A stretch of DNA of 64,000 nucleotides from an uncultured delta proteobacterium (GTDB lineage Bacteria; Myxococcota; Myxococcia; SLRQ01), in NCBI GenBank assembly GCA_963727485.1, contig CAVSGM010000001.1, positions 1,056,001-1,120,000 on the forward strand. The letters run 5' to 3'. Every line of letters begins with the position of its first letter. Position 1 is the first letter of the stretch. A program made the translations under genes and the position numbers. The notes under the pieces are model-generated. The model was not told the origin of the DNA and did not search any database. It saw only the letters and a program-made list of their open reading frames with translations. This document shows, piece after piece, positions 9,779 through 19,861 of the stretch.

Positions 9779-11539
9779 ATGTCCAAGACCCGCCTCGCCC
9801 TCGTCCCCGCCGTCCTCCTCACCCTCGCCGCCTGCGGCCAGGGCAACCTCCAGGGTGCCGCCCTCGTCGGCCAGGGGGTCAGCGCCGTCGACCAGTCGGC
9901 CGCAGGGTACACCGCCTGCCAGGTCCAGAAGACCCTCGCGTTCCTCAACGACAAGGGCACCACCGTCGACGTCCTCCAGTCGGTGGGCGTGCGCAAGCGC
10001 GGGCGGGTCAACCTCATCGCCCACCGCGACGGCCCCGACGGCCAGGCCGGCACCGCCGACGACGACCTCTTCGACACCCTCGGCGAGGTCCACGCGGTCA
10101 AGTGGGTCGGCCCCTGGACCCTCCAGCAGCTCGTGGACCACGCCGGGAAGACCTGCGGCCTGGGCACCGGCACCGTGGAGGCGGTCTTCTCGCCGCAGCC
10201 CTGGGGCGACAGCCACCTCGCCAAGATCGTCCACTTGCTGGACGGCGCCCAGGGCACCGTGGACATCGCCATGTACTCGCTGTCCGACGGCACGGTGATC
10301 CAGGCCATCGAGGCCGCGGCCCGCCGCGGGGTGTCGGTGCGCCTGCTCTTCAACCAGGCCGCCGAGGACCGCAAGTCGCCGTCCCACACCCTCTCCGCCG
10401 CCCTCGAGGACGCCGGCGTCGACGTCCGCTGGATCAACAAGACCATGCACCACAAGTTCGCCATCATCGACGGCCCCCGGCGCGACCCGGCGCTGGCCGC
10501 CCAGGCGAAGCTGGTCAGCGGGTCCGCCAACTGGTCCTACGGCGGCGGCACCAAGTACGACGAGAACACCCTCTTCATCCAGGGCAACACCGAGGTCGCG
10601 CTGCGGCTCCAGCAGCAGTTCGACTACCTCTGGGACAACTCCCGGGACTTCGCCTGGAACCCGGCGATCCACACCGAGTTCGGCAACGCCGTCTCGGACG
10701 CCGACATCGCCGCCGCCGACACCCCGGCGTCGGACGCCTGGTTCACCTCCGACAACTTCCGGGTCTACACCTCGAGCCGCTACGGCAAGACCTTCTCCAC
10801 CGTGCGGGGCCAGAACACCGTGGCCGACCACCTGGTCAAGCTCATCCTCGGCGCCAAGCACTCCATCCTCATCGCCTCGGGCCACATGCGCTCCCGGCCC
10901 ATCGCCGAGGCCCTGATCCAGAAGCACCAGCAGGACCCGAGCGTGGACATCCGCGTGGTCCTCGACGACCAGGAGTGGATCAGCGAGGGCTACCACCACA
11001 CCCAGGAGGTCGACCTCAACACCTGCCTGGACGGCGCCACCACCGACACCCAGAAGGCCGACTGCCTCGACCGGGGCTTCCTCTTCGGCTACCAGCTCGA
11101 CCACGCCGGGATCCCCGTCCGCTTCAAGACCTACGCCTACCGCTGGGACTACCACTACGCGATGCAGATGCACGACAAGTACTTCGTCATCGACGGGCAG
11201 ACCCTGGTGACCGGCAGCTACAACCTCTCCGACAACGCCGAGCACAACGTGATGGAGAACGAGCTGGTCTTCGACGGCAACACCTACCCGGCGCTGCTCT
11301 CCGCCTACACCGCCAACTTCGACAAGCTGTGGAACCGCGAGCGGGACACCGGCGCCTACACCCAGCTGATGGACCAGATCGAGAACGGCTCGGGCGCGGT
11401 GCCCCTGGTGTTCAAGTCCATGTCCCTGACCTGGGGCCAGGTGGACCAGCTCAAGCGGGCCATCCGGGCGGCGTGCCCGGCGGTGAACAGCACCGACTAC
11501 CGGGCCCACCCGAACGATCACCAGGTGTGCCCGCGCTAG
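9779..11539 (+). CDS. Phospholipase D/nuclease superfamily lipoprotein with two HKD motifs
   Basis: Lipobox LAAC; HHKFAIID...SGSANWS and HDKYFVID...TGSYNLS; N-terminal HhH-like segment. Alternative start at 9767. Confidence 0.88.
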   Translation: MSKTRLALVPAVLLTLAACGQGNLQGAALVGQGVSAVDQSAAGYTACQVQKTLAFLNDKGTTVDVLQSVGVRKRGRVNLIAHRDGPDGQAGTADDDLFDTLGEVHAVKWVGPWTLQQLVDHAGKTCGLGTGTVEAVFSPQPWGDSHLAKIVHLLDGAQGTVDIAMYSLSDGTVIQAIEAAARRGVSVRLLFNQAAEDRKSPSHTLSAALEDAGVDVRWINKTMHHKFAIIDGPRRDPALAAQAKLVSGSANWSYGGGTKYDENTLFIQGNTEVALRLQQQFDYLWDNSRDFAWNPAIHTEFGNAVSDADIAAADTPASDAWFTSDNFRVYTSSRYGKTFSTVRGQNTVADHLVKLILGAKHSILIASGHMRSRPIAEALIQKHQQDPSVDIRVVLDDQEWISEGYHHTQEVDLNTCLDGATTDTQKADCLDRGFLFGYQLDHAGIPVRFKTYAYRWDYHYAMQMHDKYFVIDGQTLVTGSYNLSDNAEHNVMENELVFDGNTYPALLSAYTANFDKLWNRERDTGAYTQLMDQIENGSGAVPLVFKSMSLTWGQVDQLKRAIRAACPAVNSTDYRAHPNDHQVCPR

Positions 11540-11671
11540 CACTGGCTCCGCTACGCGGCACGCGGTGAAGATGCGGCGCCCTCGGGGAGGACCGGGGCGC
11601 CGCCGGGGCGGCCGGTGGGCGGGGGCTCACCGGCCGCTTCGCTTTCCGTCGACCGGGCGTCCGGCCCGGGT

Positions 11672-12127
11672 TCAGGGGCAGCTCCAGGGGTCCGTGTTGG
11701 CCTGCCCGATTCGCAGCGAGCCGAGCCGGATGCCATAGACCCGCCAGGCGTCACCTTCCTTCAGCATGAACAGCCGCAGGGAGGTCGACCCGTCGCCGGT
11801 CTTCAGGCTCCCGTAGTCGCAGCCCTGCCCGTTGCTCGAGGTGCCCGACCGCGAGAACCCGCCCCCGGTGGCCTGCTCCAGCCGCGGCGTGTCGAGGGAG
11901 GTCTCGAAGTCCTTCCGGCCGAGGCGCTGCCGGGTCTGGCGCGCGAGCATGGCGTACGCGTCGTCGAGGCGGTGCTCGCGCACCGCGCGCAGATAGGCGT
12001 GCCCCGCGGCGCGGACGGCGTGCTGCTCCGTCTGGCAGCGGTAGACCAGCAGGCCAATCGCCACCAGGAGCACCGGGTAGATCAGCACCCCCGGGCTCCA
12101 CTTCCCCGACCTCTTGGCGTCCGGCAT
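11672..12127 (-). CDS. Membrane-anchored hypothetical protein (possibly NTF2-like)
   Basis: N-terminal TM helix, DDAYAML, C-terminal LKEGDAWRV strand pattern. Confidence 0.6.
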   Translation of the reverse strand: MPDAKRSGKWSPGVLIYPVLLVAIGLLVYRCQTEQHAVRAAGHAYLRAVREHRLDDAYAMLARQTRQRLGRKDFETSLDTPRLEQATGGGFSRSGTSSNGQGCDYGSLKTGDGSTSLRLFMLKEGDAWRVYGIRLGSLRIGQANTDPWSCP

Positions 12128-12179
12128 CCCCGAAGAGTGCGCTGGTTCGAGGCGGATCGCAAAGATGTCGGCCGCCTGG

Positions 12180-12551
12180 CTATCCGTCCCCGGCCGGCGC
12201 GCCGTCGAGCCGCTCCTCCAGCCAGGCGCGGAGGACGACGGCGTTGTTGTGGTCCTCGTCCCGGGCGGCGAAGACCAGGGTCACGTTGCCCTCTCGCGCC
12301 GCTTCGAGGAGCGGGGCCGCCGCCTCGGGGTGGGCGTCGAGCTCCCGGCGGTAGCGATCGGCGAAGGCCTCGAACCGGTCGGGTTCGTGGCCGAACCACC
12401 GCCGGAGGTCGTCGCTCGGGGCCAGCTCCTTGAGCCAGCCCTCGAGGGCCACGGCCTCCTTGCGCACCCCTCGGGGCCAGAGACGGTCCACCAGGAACCG
12501 CCGTCCGTCACCGGGCCCGGGCGCATCGTAGGCACGGCGGAGGCGGATCAT
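12180..12551 (-). CDS. DUF488/YeaO family protein
   Basis: RRAYD...LVDRLWPRGV...WLKELAPS..LRRWFGH...HNNAVVL signature. Confidence 0.92.
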   Translation of the reverse strand: MIRLRRAYDAPGPGDGRRFLVDRLWPRGVRKEAVALEGWLKELAPSDDLRRWFGHEPDRFEAFADRYRRELDAHPEAAAPLLEAAREGNVTLVFAARDEDHNNAVVLRAWLEERLDGAPAGDG

Positions 12552-12649
12552 GGGACCACGCTAGCCCCGCGACCCGCGGGCGCACGCCTTCCCCTCGAGG
12601 CGATGCCCGAGACCGGTGTCACCGGCCTCGGGCGGGGACGGCTCTGCGG

Positions 12650-13450
12650 TCAGTTGATGCCCAGCTCGTCCTTGGCGTCGTGGCCCACCGCCAGGAGGGA
12701 CACGGTCCAGTTGTTGGCGTCCGGCTGGTCGCCCTGCTGGGCGCTGCCGCCGGAGGCGGTCTCCGAGTACTTCACCATGCCCCCGGGGACGCTGTCGACC
12801 AGCCACCAGTCGTAGGCGCCGCCGGTGCCGGAGCCGTAGCGCACGTGCCGGGCGGTGTAGGTCCCCGCGGGGACGGTGACCGAGGCGGTGTCCACGGTGG
12901 CGCCCTTGATGCTCTCGGGCGTCAGCTTCTGCGGCGGCGTGTAGTAGTTCTGGTCGTTGACCGGCATCTCCTTGGGCGCCTTGTCGTCGGGGAACTTCCC
13001 GCGCATGCGCAGGACCTTGCCGGCCGTGGGGTCGAGGAGCGCCTCGAGGATGATGTCCTGGTTGTCCTTGGCGTCGTGGTACTTGATCTTCCACCACTGG
13101 TGGCCCTGAGCGTCGTCGGCGAGGCGGGCGCGCTCCAGGGTGTTCTGGCCGCTGTCGCTGCCGCCGGTGATGTTCCACCGGGTGTAGTCGCCGGGCTGGT
13201 AGCCGACGTTCGTCACCTGGTAGCTGCCCGAGTAGAACGCCATGGTGAACAGCCACTGGGTGTAGAAGTTCATCATCTGCGGCGTGTAGGCGCGGACCAT
13301 CGCGTTGCCCACCGACTGGCCGACCGAGTCGCCGACGGTCTCGCCGGTCTTGTTGGCGGCCGAGTCGATGGCCGAGTCGATGAGGGTGGCGCAGCCGGCG
13401 GTGGCCAGCAGCGACGAGGCGAGGACGACGAGAATCGTGGACCGCTTCAT
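12650..13450 (-). CDS. Hypothetical lipoprotein
   Basis: GGGAGGG RBS, lipobox TAGC, VTVPAGTY motif, host-like codon usage. Confidence 0.8.
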   Translation of the reverse strand: MKRSTILVVLASSLLATAGCATLIDSAIDSAANKTGETVGDSVGQSVGNAMVRAYTPQMMNFYTQWLFTMAFYSGSYQVTNVGYQPGDYTRWNITGGSDSGQNTLERARLADDAQGHQWWKIKYHDAKDNQDIILEALLDPTAGKVLRMRGKFPDDKAPKEMPVNDQNYYTPPQKLTPESIKGATVDTASVTVPAGTYTARHVRYGSGTGGAYDWWLVDSVPGGMVKYSETASGGSAQQGDQPDANNWTVSLLAVGHDAKDELGIN

Positions 13451-13537
13451 GGGTTCCCTCCCGGGTTGGAGCTGCCTAGCGACCCGGTGATAGTGGGGTC
13501 CGGAGCCGCCGTCAATCGCGCGAGGGCGGGGGAACGC

Positions 13538-14731
13538 CTAGGCGTGGTCCGGGGCGGCGTCGTCGGGGTCCCCGGGAGCCTCGGCGCCCCGGCCCGGGAA
13601 GGTCAGCAGCCGGGTCTCGAGGGGGCCGTTGAAGAGGGTGTGGGCCCGGGCGGCCCGGGTCCCGAAGGCCCGCTCGAAGCCCGGGGCGCCGGAGAGGACC
13701 ACCAGGGGGTGGTCCCCGGGCAGGGCGCGCCAGGCCTCGCCGAAGCCCCGGAAGAAGCCCTCGAGCTGCAGGTGCTTGCCGCCCCCGAGGCGGGCGCCGT
13801 AGGGCGGGTTGGCAAAGAGCTGGCAGCCGTCGGGCAGAGGCCCCAGGGAGCGGGCGTCCCGGGCCTCGAAGGTGACGTCCGAGGCGACCCCGGCCCGTCC
13901 GGCGTTGGCCCGGGCCGCCTCCAGGACCGAAGGATCCCGGTCCCGGCCGAACAGGGGTGCCGGGGCCGGGCGCACCGCGGACGTCGCCTCGTCCAAGAGC
14001 ACTCGCCAGGCGCGCCGGGCGTCGTCGTCGAAGGCGGGCCAGCGCTCGAAGCCGAAGCGCCGCCCCAGCCCCGGCGCCATCCGCCGGGCGAGGAGGGCCG
14101 CCTCGATGACCAGCGTCCCCGACCCGCACATGGGATCGAGGAGCGGCCGCTCGGGGTCGAAGCCCCCCAGCGCGAGGACGGCCGCCGCCAGGGACTCCTT
14201 GAGGGGCGCCTCGCCGGTGTCCCGGCGCCAGCCCCGGCGGAAGAGGGCGTCGCCGGCGAGGTCGAGGGAGAGCTCGGCCCGGTCCCGGTGGAGGTGGCAG
14301 ACCACGGTGACGTCCGGGCGCTTGGGGTTCACGTCGGGGCGGGCGCCGAGGCGATCCCGGAGCCGGTCGACCACTGCGTCCTTCACCTTGAGGGCGGTGA
14401 AGCCCGTGTGCGCCAGGGTCCGGCTGGTCCCGGTGGCCTGCACCGCGAAGGTGCGCTTGAGGCCGAGGTGGTCCTCCCAGGGGATGGCCCGGGCGGTCTC
14501 GTAGAGGCGGTCCGCGTCCGGGGCCGGGCCGGCGCCGAGGGTGAGGAGGACCCGGTGGGGGATCCGGGCCCAGAGGCAGGCGCGCATCCCCGCCGCCAGC
14601 GCCCCCTGGAAGTGGACCCCACCCCGCTGCGCCTTCACCCGGCGGAGGCCCAGGGCCTTGAGCTCGTCCCGGAGGACGCCCTCGGTGCCGGGGGCGGCGG
14701 TGGCGAAGAAGGTGTGGGGGGTGGGCGCCAT
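13538..14731 (-). CDS. THUMP-domain class I SAM-dependent RNA methyltransferase (RlmL-like)
   Basis: APLKESLAAA, LDPMCGSGTLVIEAA, NPPYG motifs. Confidence 0.9.
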   Translation of the reverse strand: MAPTPHTFFATAAPGTEGVLRDELKALGLRRVKAQRGGVHFQGALAAGMRACLWARIPHRVLLTLGAGPAPDADRLYETARAIPWEDHLGLKRTFAVQATGTSRTLAHTGFTALKVKDAVVDRLRDRLGARPDVNPKRPDVTVVCHLHRDRAELSLDLAGDALFRRGWRRDTGEAPLKESLAAAVLALGGFDPERPLLDPMCGSGTLVIEAALLARRMAPGLGRRFGFERWPAFDDDARRAWRVLLDEATSAVRPAPAPLFGRDRDPSVLEAARANAGRAGVASDVTFEARDARSLGPLPDGCQLFANPPYGARLGGGKHLQLEGFFRGFGEAWRALPGDHPLVVLSGAPGFERAFGTRAARAHTLFNGPLETRLLTFPGRGAEAPGDPDDAAPDHA

Positions 14732-14866
14732 GGCCGCGGCACCCTACCGCAGAGGACGGCCGCGCGTCTCGCCGCCCCGGCGGGGGCCCGGCGCTCCGGT
14801 GCTTGAGCCACCGGGGCCCGGGACCTAGAGTCGAAGGCGCCCGCGCCCCGCGGGCCCCGATCCCCG

Positions 14867-15742
14867 ATGCTCCTCGACCGCTCCGAGCTGACCTTCGACT
14901 TCGGGGGCGACCGCCTCGATCCGGTCGTCCACCGGGACCTCCTCGCCTGGACCTTCAACCAGTTCCTCTACGGTGAGGTGACGGGCATCCAGTGCGGCCA
15001 CTGGCTCCACCGGGCCCCGGACCTCGCCGCGGCGCGCTTCCTCGCCCGGCAGGCCAGCGAGGAGCTGCGCCACGTGGAGGTCTTCCTCGAGGCGTTGCGG
15101 CTCATCGGGGCCCGGCCCGAGCGGGCCCATCCCCTGGTGCGCCACCTGGCCACCGGACGGATGCCCGACACCTGGGCCGAGCACGTGTGCCTGGAGATGG
15201 CCCTGGGCGAGGGCCTGGTGCTCATGGCCTTCTACGCGCTCATCGACACCGTGGACCATCCGAAGGTCGTCGACCTGCTCACCAAGGCGGCCCGGCAGGA
15301 GGTGCGCCACGTGGCCTTCGGCGAGGACCGCACCCTGGACCTGGTGCGCGCCCGGCCGGCCCTGCGTCGCCAGCTGCTCGGCCCGGCGGTGACCAGCCTC
15401 GTCCTGGTGCGGGCCCTGGCCCGGCCCCTGCGCCGGCGCTTCGCCGAGGGGGCCCCGGTGCTCCGCCACCTCCCGGCCTTCGTGGACGCGGTGGCCCGCG
15501 CAGGCGAGCTGCGCCTCCAGCGCCTGGGGCTCCTCCGGGCGCCCCTCTCGGAGACGCCCATGCCGCTCGGGGCCGCCCGGGTCCTCGCCTCCTACGCCGA
15601 GGGCGCCGCCGCCAGCCTGGTGCGCCGGCCGCTTTCCCTCCTGCGCCCCGCGCGCCCCCTCACCGCCCGCTACATGGCCGACCCGGAGGTGCGCCGCTAC
15701 CTCCTCGCGGTGGTCGACGCCGAGGGGACGAACGCCGCATGA
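14867..15742 (+). CDS. Ferritin-like diiron-carboxylate protein
   Basis: FLYGE, SEELRH, LGEG, RQEVRH: two E...ExxH pairs. Confidence 0.75.
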   Translation: MLLDRSELTFDFGGDRLDPVVHRDLLAWTFNQFLYGEVTGIQCGHWLHRAPDLAAARFLARQASEELRHVEVFLEALRLIGARPERAHPLVRHLATGRMPDTWAEHVCLEMALGEGLVLMAFYALIDTVDHPKVVDLLTKAARQEVRHVAFGEDRTLDLVRARPALRRQLLGPAVTSLVLVRALARPLRRRFAEGAPVLRHLPAFVDAVARAGELRLQRLGLLRAPLSETPMPLGAARVLASYAEGAAASLVRRPLSLLRPARPLTARYMADPEVRRYLLAVVDAEGTNAA

Positions 15743-16788
15743 GCCCGCCTGCCGCCGCCGCCGACCCCGGCCTCGAGGCCGACGCCGCCCGCCTCCTCGC
15801 CGAGAGCGAGCTCGTCGACCTCCACGTCGACACCTTCATCCTGGTCCGGGTGCTCGGCTACGACGTGTTCAAGCGCCACGGGAGCGGGCCCTTCAATGGC
15901 CGGGTGGGCTACCACCTCGACGTCCCCCGGCTCATCGACGGCGGGGTGAAGGGGGCCATGTGGTCGGTGACCACCAACCCCCTGCGCCCGGCGGGCAGCC
16001 GGTTCCGCACCTGGAAGAAGAACGCCCGGCGCCTCCGGGGGATTGTCGAGGCGTCCGGCGGGGTCCTGGAGCTGGTGACCTCCCACGGCGCGTACCGGGC
16101 GGCGAGGGCCCGGGGGGCCCACTGCGTGCTCCTCTCAATCCAGGGCGGCAACGCCCTCGACGCCGCCCCCGCCGACGATCCCCTCGGCGACGACGCCCTG
16201 ATGCGGGTGACCCTGGTGCACCTCACGCCCTCGCCGGTGGGGGGCACCTCGAGCCCCCTGCAGCTGCGCCGGGACAAGGGGCTGACGGACCACGGTCGGG
16301 AGCTGGTGCGCCGCCTCGACGCCCGGCGGGTGTTCGTGGATCTCGCCCACATCCACCCCCGGGGGTTCTGGGACGCGGTGGAGGTCCACGACAAGAGCCT
16401 GCCCCTCATCGTCACCCACACCGGGGTGAGCGCGGTGAAGCCCCACTGGCGCAACCTCGACGACGCCCAGGTCAAGGCCATCGCCGAGAGCGGCGGGACC
16501 ATCGGCATCATGCTCCAGCGAAGCTTCCTCGACCGCCCGGGGGGGCCCACCGACGGGGCCATGGTCATCGAGCACCTGGAGCACGTCATCGAGTGCGTCG
16601 GCGAGGACTTCGTGTCCATCGGCACCGACTTCGACGGCGCCATCACCCCGCCTTTGGAGCTGCGCTCCGGGGACACGGCCTACCGGCTCCTCGTGGGCCA
16701 CATGCTCCGGCGCGGGTGGCCCGACACGCGGATCAAGAAGGCGCTGGGGGACAACTTCCTCCGGGTGCTCGAGGCGATGCGGCCCTGA
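15739..16788 (+). CDS. Membrane dipeptidase family (M19) amidohydrolase
   Basis: DLHVDT, VDLAH, VTHTG, RNLDD, IGTDFDG, GDNFLRV; ATGA overlap with the upstream gene. Confidence 0.88.
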   Translation: MSPPAAAADPGLEADAARLLAESELVDLHVDTFILVRVLGYDVFKRHGSGPFNGRVGYHLDVPRLIDGGVKGAMWSVTTNPLRPAGSRFRTWKKNARRLRGIVEASGGVLELVTSHGAYRAARARGAHCVLLSIQGGNALDAAPADDPLGDDALMRVTLVHLTPSPVGGTSSPLQLRRDKGLTDHGRELVRRLDARRVFVDLAHIHPRGFWDAVEVHDKSLPLIVTHTGVSAVKPHWRNLDDAQVKAIAESGGTIGIMLQRSFLDRPGGPTDGAMVIEHLEHVIECVGEDFVSIGTDFDGAITPPLELRSGDTAYRLLVGHMLRRGWPDTRIKKALGDNFLRVLEAMRP

Positions 16789-16845
16789 GCCCGCCGGGGA
16801 CGTGGATCGGCTGCCTGCGCTGACGGGCGAGGCGGGCGCGGGACG

Positions 16846-17241
16846 TCAGGCGATGCGCCGGGGGAGCGCCGGCCCGGGGATCTCGGGGGCGTCGCCCACG
16901 AGCCGGTTGTGGGCGTCGACCCGCACCACCCTGGGCACGTGGCTGCGCGCCTCCTCGGTGGTCATGTCCGCGAAGGTGGCGATGATGACCAGGTCGCCCG
17001 GCTCGTTCTGGTGGGCGGCGGCGCCGTTGGCACAGATGACCCCCGAGCCCCGGGGCCCGGCGAGGGCGTAGGTGACCAGGCGGGTCCCGCGGGTCACGTT
17101 CCACACGTGGACCTGCTCGTGCTCGAGGATGTCGGCGGCGTCCAGGAGGTCGGCGTCGATGGTCAGGCTGCCCTCGTACTCGAGGTCCGCCTGGGTGATC
17201 ACCGCCCGGTGGATCTTGCCGTTGAAGACACGTCGGTTCAT
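16846..17241 (-). CDS. panD: Aspartate 1-decarboxylase
   Basis: [21 protein letters not shown] (G-S cleavage site), RLVTYAL, NGAAAH. Confidence 0.96.
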   Translation of the reverse strand: MNRRVFNGKIHRAVITQADLEYEGSLTIDADLLDAADILEHEQVHVWNVTRGTRLVTYALAGPRGSGVICANGAAAHQNEPGDLVIIATFADMTTEEARSHVPRVVRVDAHNRLVGDAPEIPGPALPRRIA

Positions 17242-17368
17242 GGCTTCTCTCCGGTCCGTGGCGTCCCGGATGGGGGTACGCCCGTGGGAGCTCCAGCGCG
17301 GCGCAATCTAGCGCCGGCGCGCCATTTTCGCAACGGTTGCGCCGCCTTCCGCGCAGGGTCCGCGCGCG

Positions 17369-18688
17369 CTAGCCGCCGTCGCCGGCGAGGAAGGCGGTGA
17401 GGACGGTGGTCATCGCCGCCGGGTCCTTCGCCCCCCCGAGCTCCCGGATGGAGTGCATCGAGAGCATGGGGTTGCCCACGTCCACGGTGCGGATCCCCAG
17501 CCCCGCGGCGCTGATGGGCCCGATGGTGCTCCCGCAGGGGAGGTCCTGGCGCATCACGAAGTCCTGGTAGGGGACCTCGGACCGGCGGCAGAGGTCCCGG
17601 AACAGGGCCCCGGTCTCGGCGTCGGTGGCGTAGCGCTGGTTGGCGTTGACCTTGACCACCGGCCCGCCGTTGAGGCGCGGGAGGTGGACCCCGTCGTGGA
17701 GGTCCGGGCGGTTGGGGTGGACCGCGTGGGCCATGTCGGCGCTGACCAGGTAGCTGCGCGCGATGGCCCGGCGCAGGCCGCCTCTGCCCGGGCGGGCGGC
17801 GTCGATCCGGGCGAGGACGTCGCCGAGGAGCGGGCTGCCGGCGCCCCGGGCGCTCTGGGAGCCCACCTCCTCGTGATCGAAGAGGGCGACCACGGGGATG
17901 GGGCCCGTCGTCTCCCCGGCGGCGAGGAGGGCCTCGAGGCCCGCGTGGCACATGGCCTGGTTGTCCAGGCGCGGGGCGTGGATCAGCTCGCCGCCCAGGC
18001 CGCTGAAGGTCGAGGGCTGCACGTCATGGAGGCACAGGTCGTGGCCCCGGATGGCGTCCGCCTCGCAGCCGGCGGCCTCGGCGACCAGGCGCATCACCGC
18101 CTCCGCCGGGTCGTCCTCGGTGTCCCAGGTCGCCAGGATCGGCGAGAGGTCCTGGTGCTTGTCGAGCCTCAGGCCCTCGTCGTTCACCTTCCGGTTGAGG
18201 TGGATGGCGACGTTGGGGATGCGGCACAGGGGCCCCTCGAGGCGCAGGCGCCTGGAGACCAGCCTCCCGCCCTCGTCCACGAACACCCGGCCGGCGATGG
18301 AGAGGTCGCGGTCGGCCCAGGTGGCCAGGAGCACCCCGCCGTAGACCTCCACGTCGAGGGCCAGGTACCCGCTCTTGGCCTTCGCCGGGGTGGGTTTCAG
18401 GCGCAGGCCCGGGGAGTCGGTGTGGGCGCCCATCGCACGGAAGCCCACCTCCGCCGGCGCCGCGTCCCCGAGGCGGAAGGCCACCAGCGACCCGTCGCCG
18501 CGGGTCGTGAAGCAGGCGTCGCCGTCGGCGAGGGACCACTCGTCCTGCTCGGAAAGCCGCGTGAACCCGGCGGCTTGGAGGCGTCGGGCGGCCTCGTCGA
18601 CGCAGTGATAGGGGGTGGGGCTGGCGTCGATGAACCGTAACAGGTCCCGCGCCACCTCGTCCTCGGGCTTCAGGCGGTCGTCGCTCAC
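17369..18688 (-). CDS. M18 family aspartyl aminopeptidase
   Basis: SPTPYH, GAHTDSP, RLDNQ, FDHEEVGS, SADMAHAVHPN, CGSTIGP, SMHSIRE; GTG start at 18688 inferred. Confidence 0.93.
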   Translation of the reverse strand: MSDDRLKPEDEVARDLLRFIDASPTPYHCVDEAARRLQAAGFTRLSEQDEWSLADGDACFTTRGDGSLVAFRLGDAAPAEVGFRAMGAHTDSPGLRLKPTPAKAKSGYLALDVEVYGGVLLATWADRDLSIAGRVFVDEGGRLVSRRLRLEGPLCRIPNVAIHLNRKVNDEGLRLDKHQDLSPILATWDTEDDPAEAVMRLVAEAAGCEADAIRGHDLCLHDVQPSTFSGLGGELIHAPRLDNQAMCHAGLEALLAAGETTGPIPVVALFDHEEVGSQSARGAGSPLLGDVLARIDAARPGRGGLRRAIARSYLVSADMAHAVHPNRPDLHDGVHLPRLNGGPVVKVNANQRYATDAETGALFRDLCRRSEVPYQDFVMRQDLPCGSTIGPISAAGLGIRTVDVGNPMLSMHSIRELGGAKDPAAMTTVLTAFLAGDGG

Positions 18689-18753
18689 GGGGGACGTGTA
18701 CCCCAGTGGTGCTGGGCCGTCGAGGGGTGGTCTCATCGACCCTGGAGGAACCC

Positions 18754-19812
18754 ATGCAGCGCACGGCACCGACGATGGTGATGCTCCTGGCCGCCCTGGC
18801 CTTCGCCTCGGTGGGCTGCGGCACCGACGCCGGGGGCACCGGCGGGACCGGTGGCGGCGATGGCGGCTCCGGCGGGACCCTCACCGACGGCGGCGGGGGC
18901 ACCGATGGCGGCGGCACGGCGACCGACGGCGGCGGCACGGCGACCGACGGCGGCGCCCCCGACGCGGGCGCCACCGACGCCGGCTGGGGTCCCAACGACG
19001 GTGGGACCTTCCCGGTGGTCGCCTGCCAGGGCCACGTCTACCAGTGCGGTGACGGCATCGACAACGACGGCGACGGGAAGATCGACTGGCAGGACCCCGA
19101 CTGCCTCGGCCCCTGCGACAACAACGAGTCCGGCTACGCCACCGCCATCCCCGGCGGCAACAGCGCCCCCTGCAAGCAGGACTGCTACTTCGACCAGGAC
19201 ACCGGCTCCGGGAACGACACCTGCGCCTGGAACGCCAAGTGCGATCCCCTCTCGCCCCAGGGCAACACCTGCCCCTACGACGCGAACCTCCTCGGCGGCA
19301 AGGACTGCCCGGCCGCCCAGACCCAGACCTGCCACGACTTCTGCGGGCCCCTGACCCCCAACGGCTGCGACTGCTTCGGCTGCTGCGACCTCCCGGGCGG
19401 GTCCGGGAACTGGGTCTACATCGGCAGCACCGACGCCGCCGGCGTGGCGACCTGCGACCTGGCCCACGCCAGCGACCCGGCCCTGTGCCACCCCTGCACC
19501 CCGGTGGCCGCCTGCCAGAAGACCTGCGGGCGCTGCCAGCTCTGCCTGGGCAAGACCACCGTGCCCCCGGACTGCTACACCGACGGCGGGACCCCCGGCG
19601 ACGGCGGCACCGTGGACGGTGGCACCTCGGACGGCGGCGCGGGCGACGGCGGGATCATCGACAACGGCGGCGACGGCGGCACCACCGACGGCGGCGTCAT
19701 CAACCCGGGCCAGTGCCCGAGCGGCGTCCAGGCCTGCGGGCTCCCGGGCCAGGCCCCGTGCACCGGCGGGTACTACTGCATCACCGGGTGCTGCCAGCCG
19801 ACGATCCCCTAG
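18754..19812 (+). CDS. Cys-rich myxobacterial-type lipoprotein with TDGG low-complexity linkers
   Basis: GGAGG RBS, lipobox SVGC, CGDGIDNDGDGKIDWQDPDC Ca-binding-like motif, many Cys. Confidence 0.85.
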   Translation: MQRTAPTMVMLLAALAFASVGCGTDAGGTGGTGGGDGGSGGTLTDGGGGTDGGGTATDGGGTATDGGAPDAGATDAGWGPNDGGTFPVVACQGHVYQCGDGIDNDGDGKIDWQDPDCLGPCDNNESGYATAIPGGNSAPCKQDCYFDQDTGSGNDTCAWNAKCDPLSPQGNTCPYDANLLGGKDCPAAQTQTCHDFCGPLTPNGCDCFGCCDLPGGSGNWVYIGSTDAAGVATCDLAHASDPALCHPCTPVAACQKTCGRCQLCLGKTTVPPDCYTDGGTPGDGGTVDGGTSDGGAGDGGIIDNGGDGGTTDGGVINPGQCPSGVQACGLPGQAPCTGGYYCITGCCQPTIP

Positions 19813-19861
19813 ACACGACGGGCGTGCGGGCGGGCCGGGCGGCGGCTATGATGCGCCGCCC

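Noticed and set aside
4479..11542. Very long antisense or alternate-frame ORFs (1505, 1372 aa and the N-terminal part of the 1574-aa ORF), and many similar ones across the window
   Set aside because: Arg/Pro/Gly-rich shadow frames expected at very high GC; they overlap genes with clear family motifs.
18880..18985. 18-21-bp tandem repeats (ACCGACGGCGGC...)
   Set aside because: They encode the TDGGG low-complexity linker of a lipoprotein.
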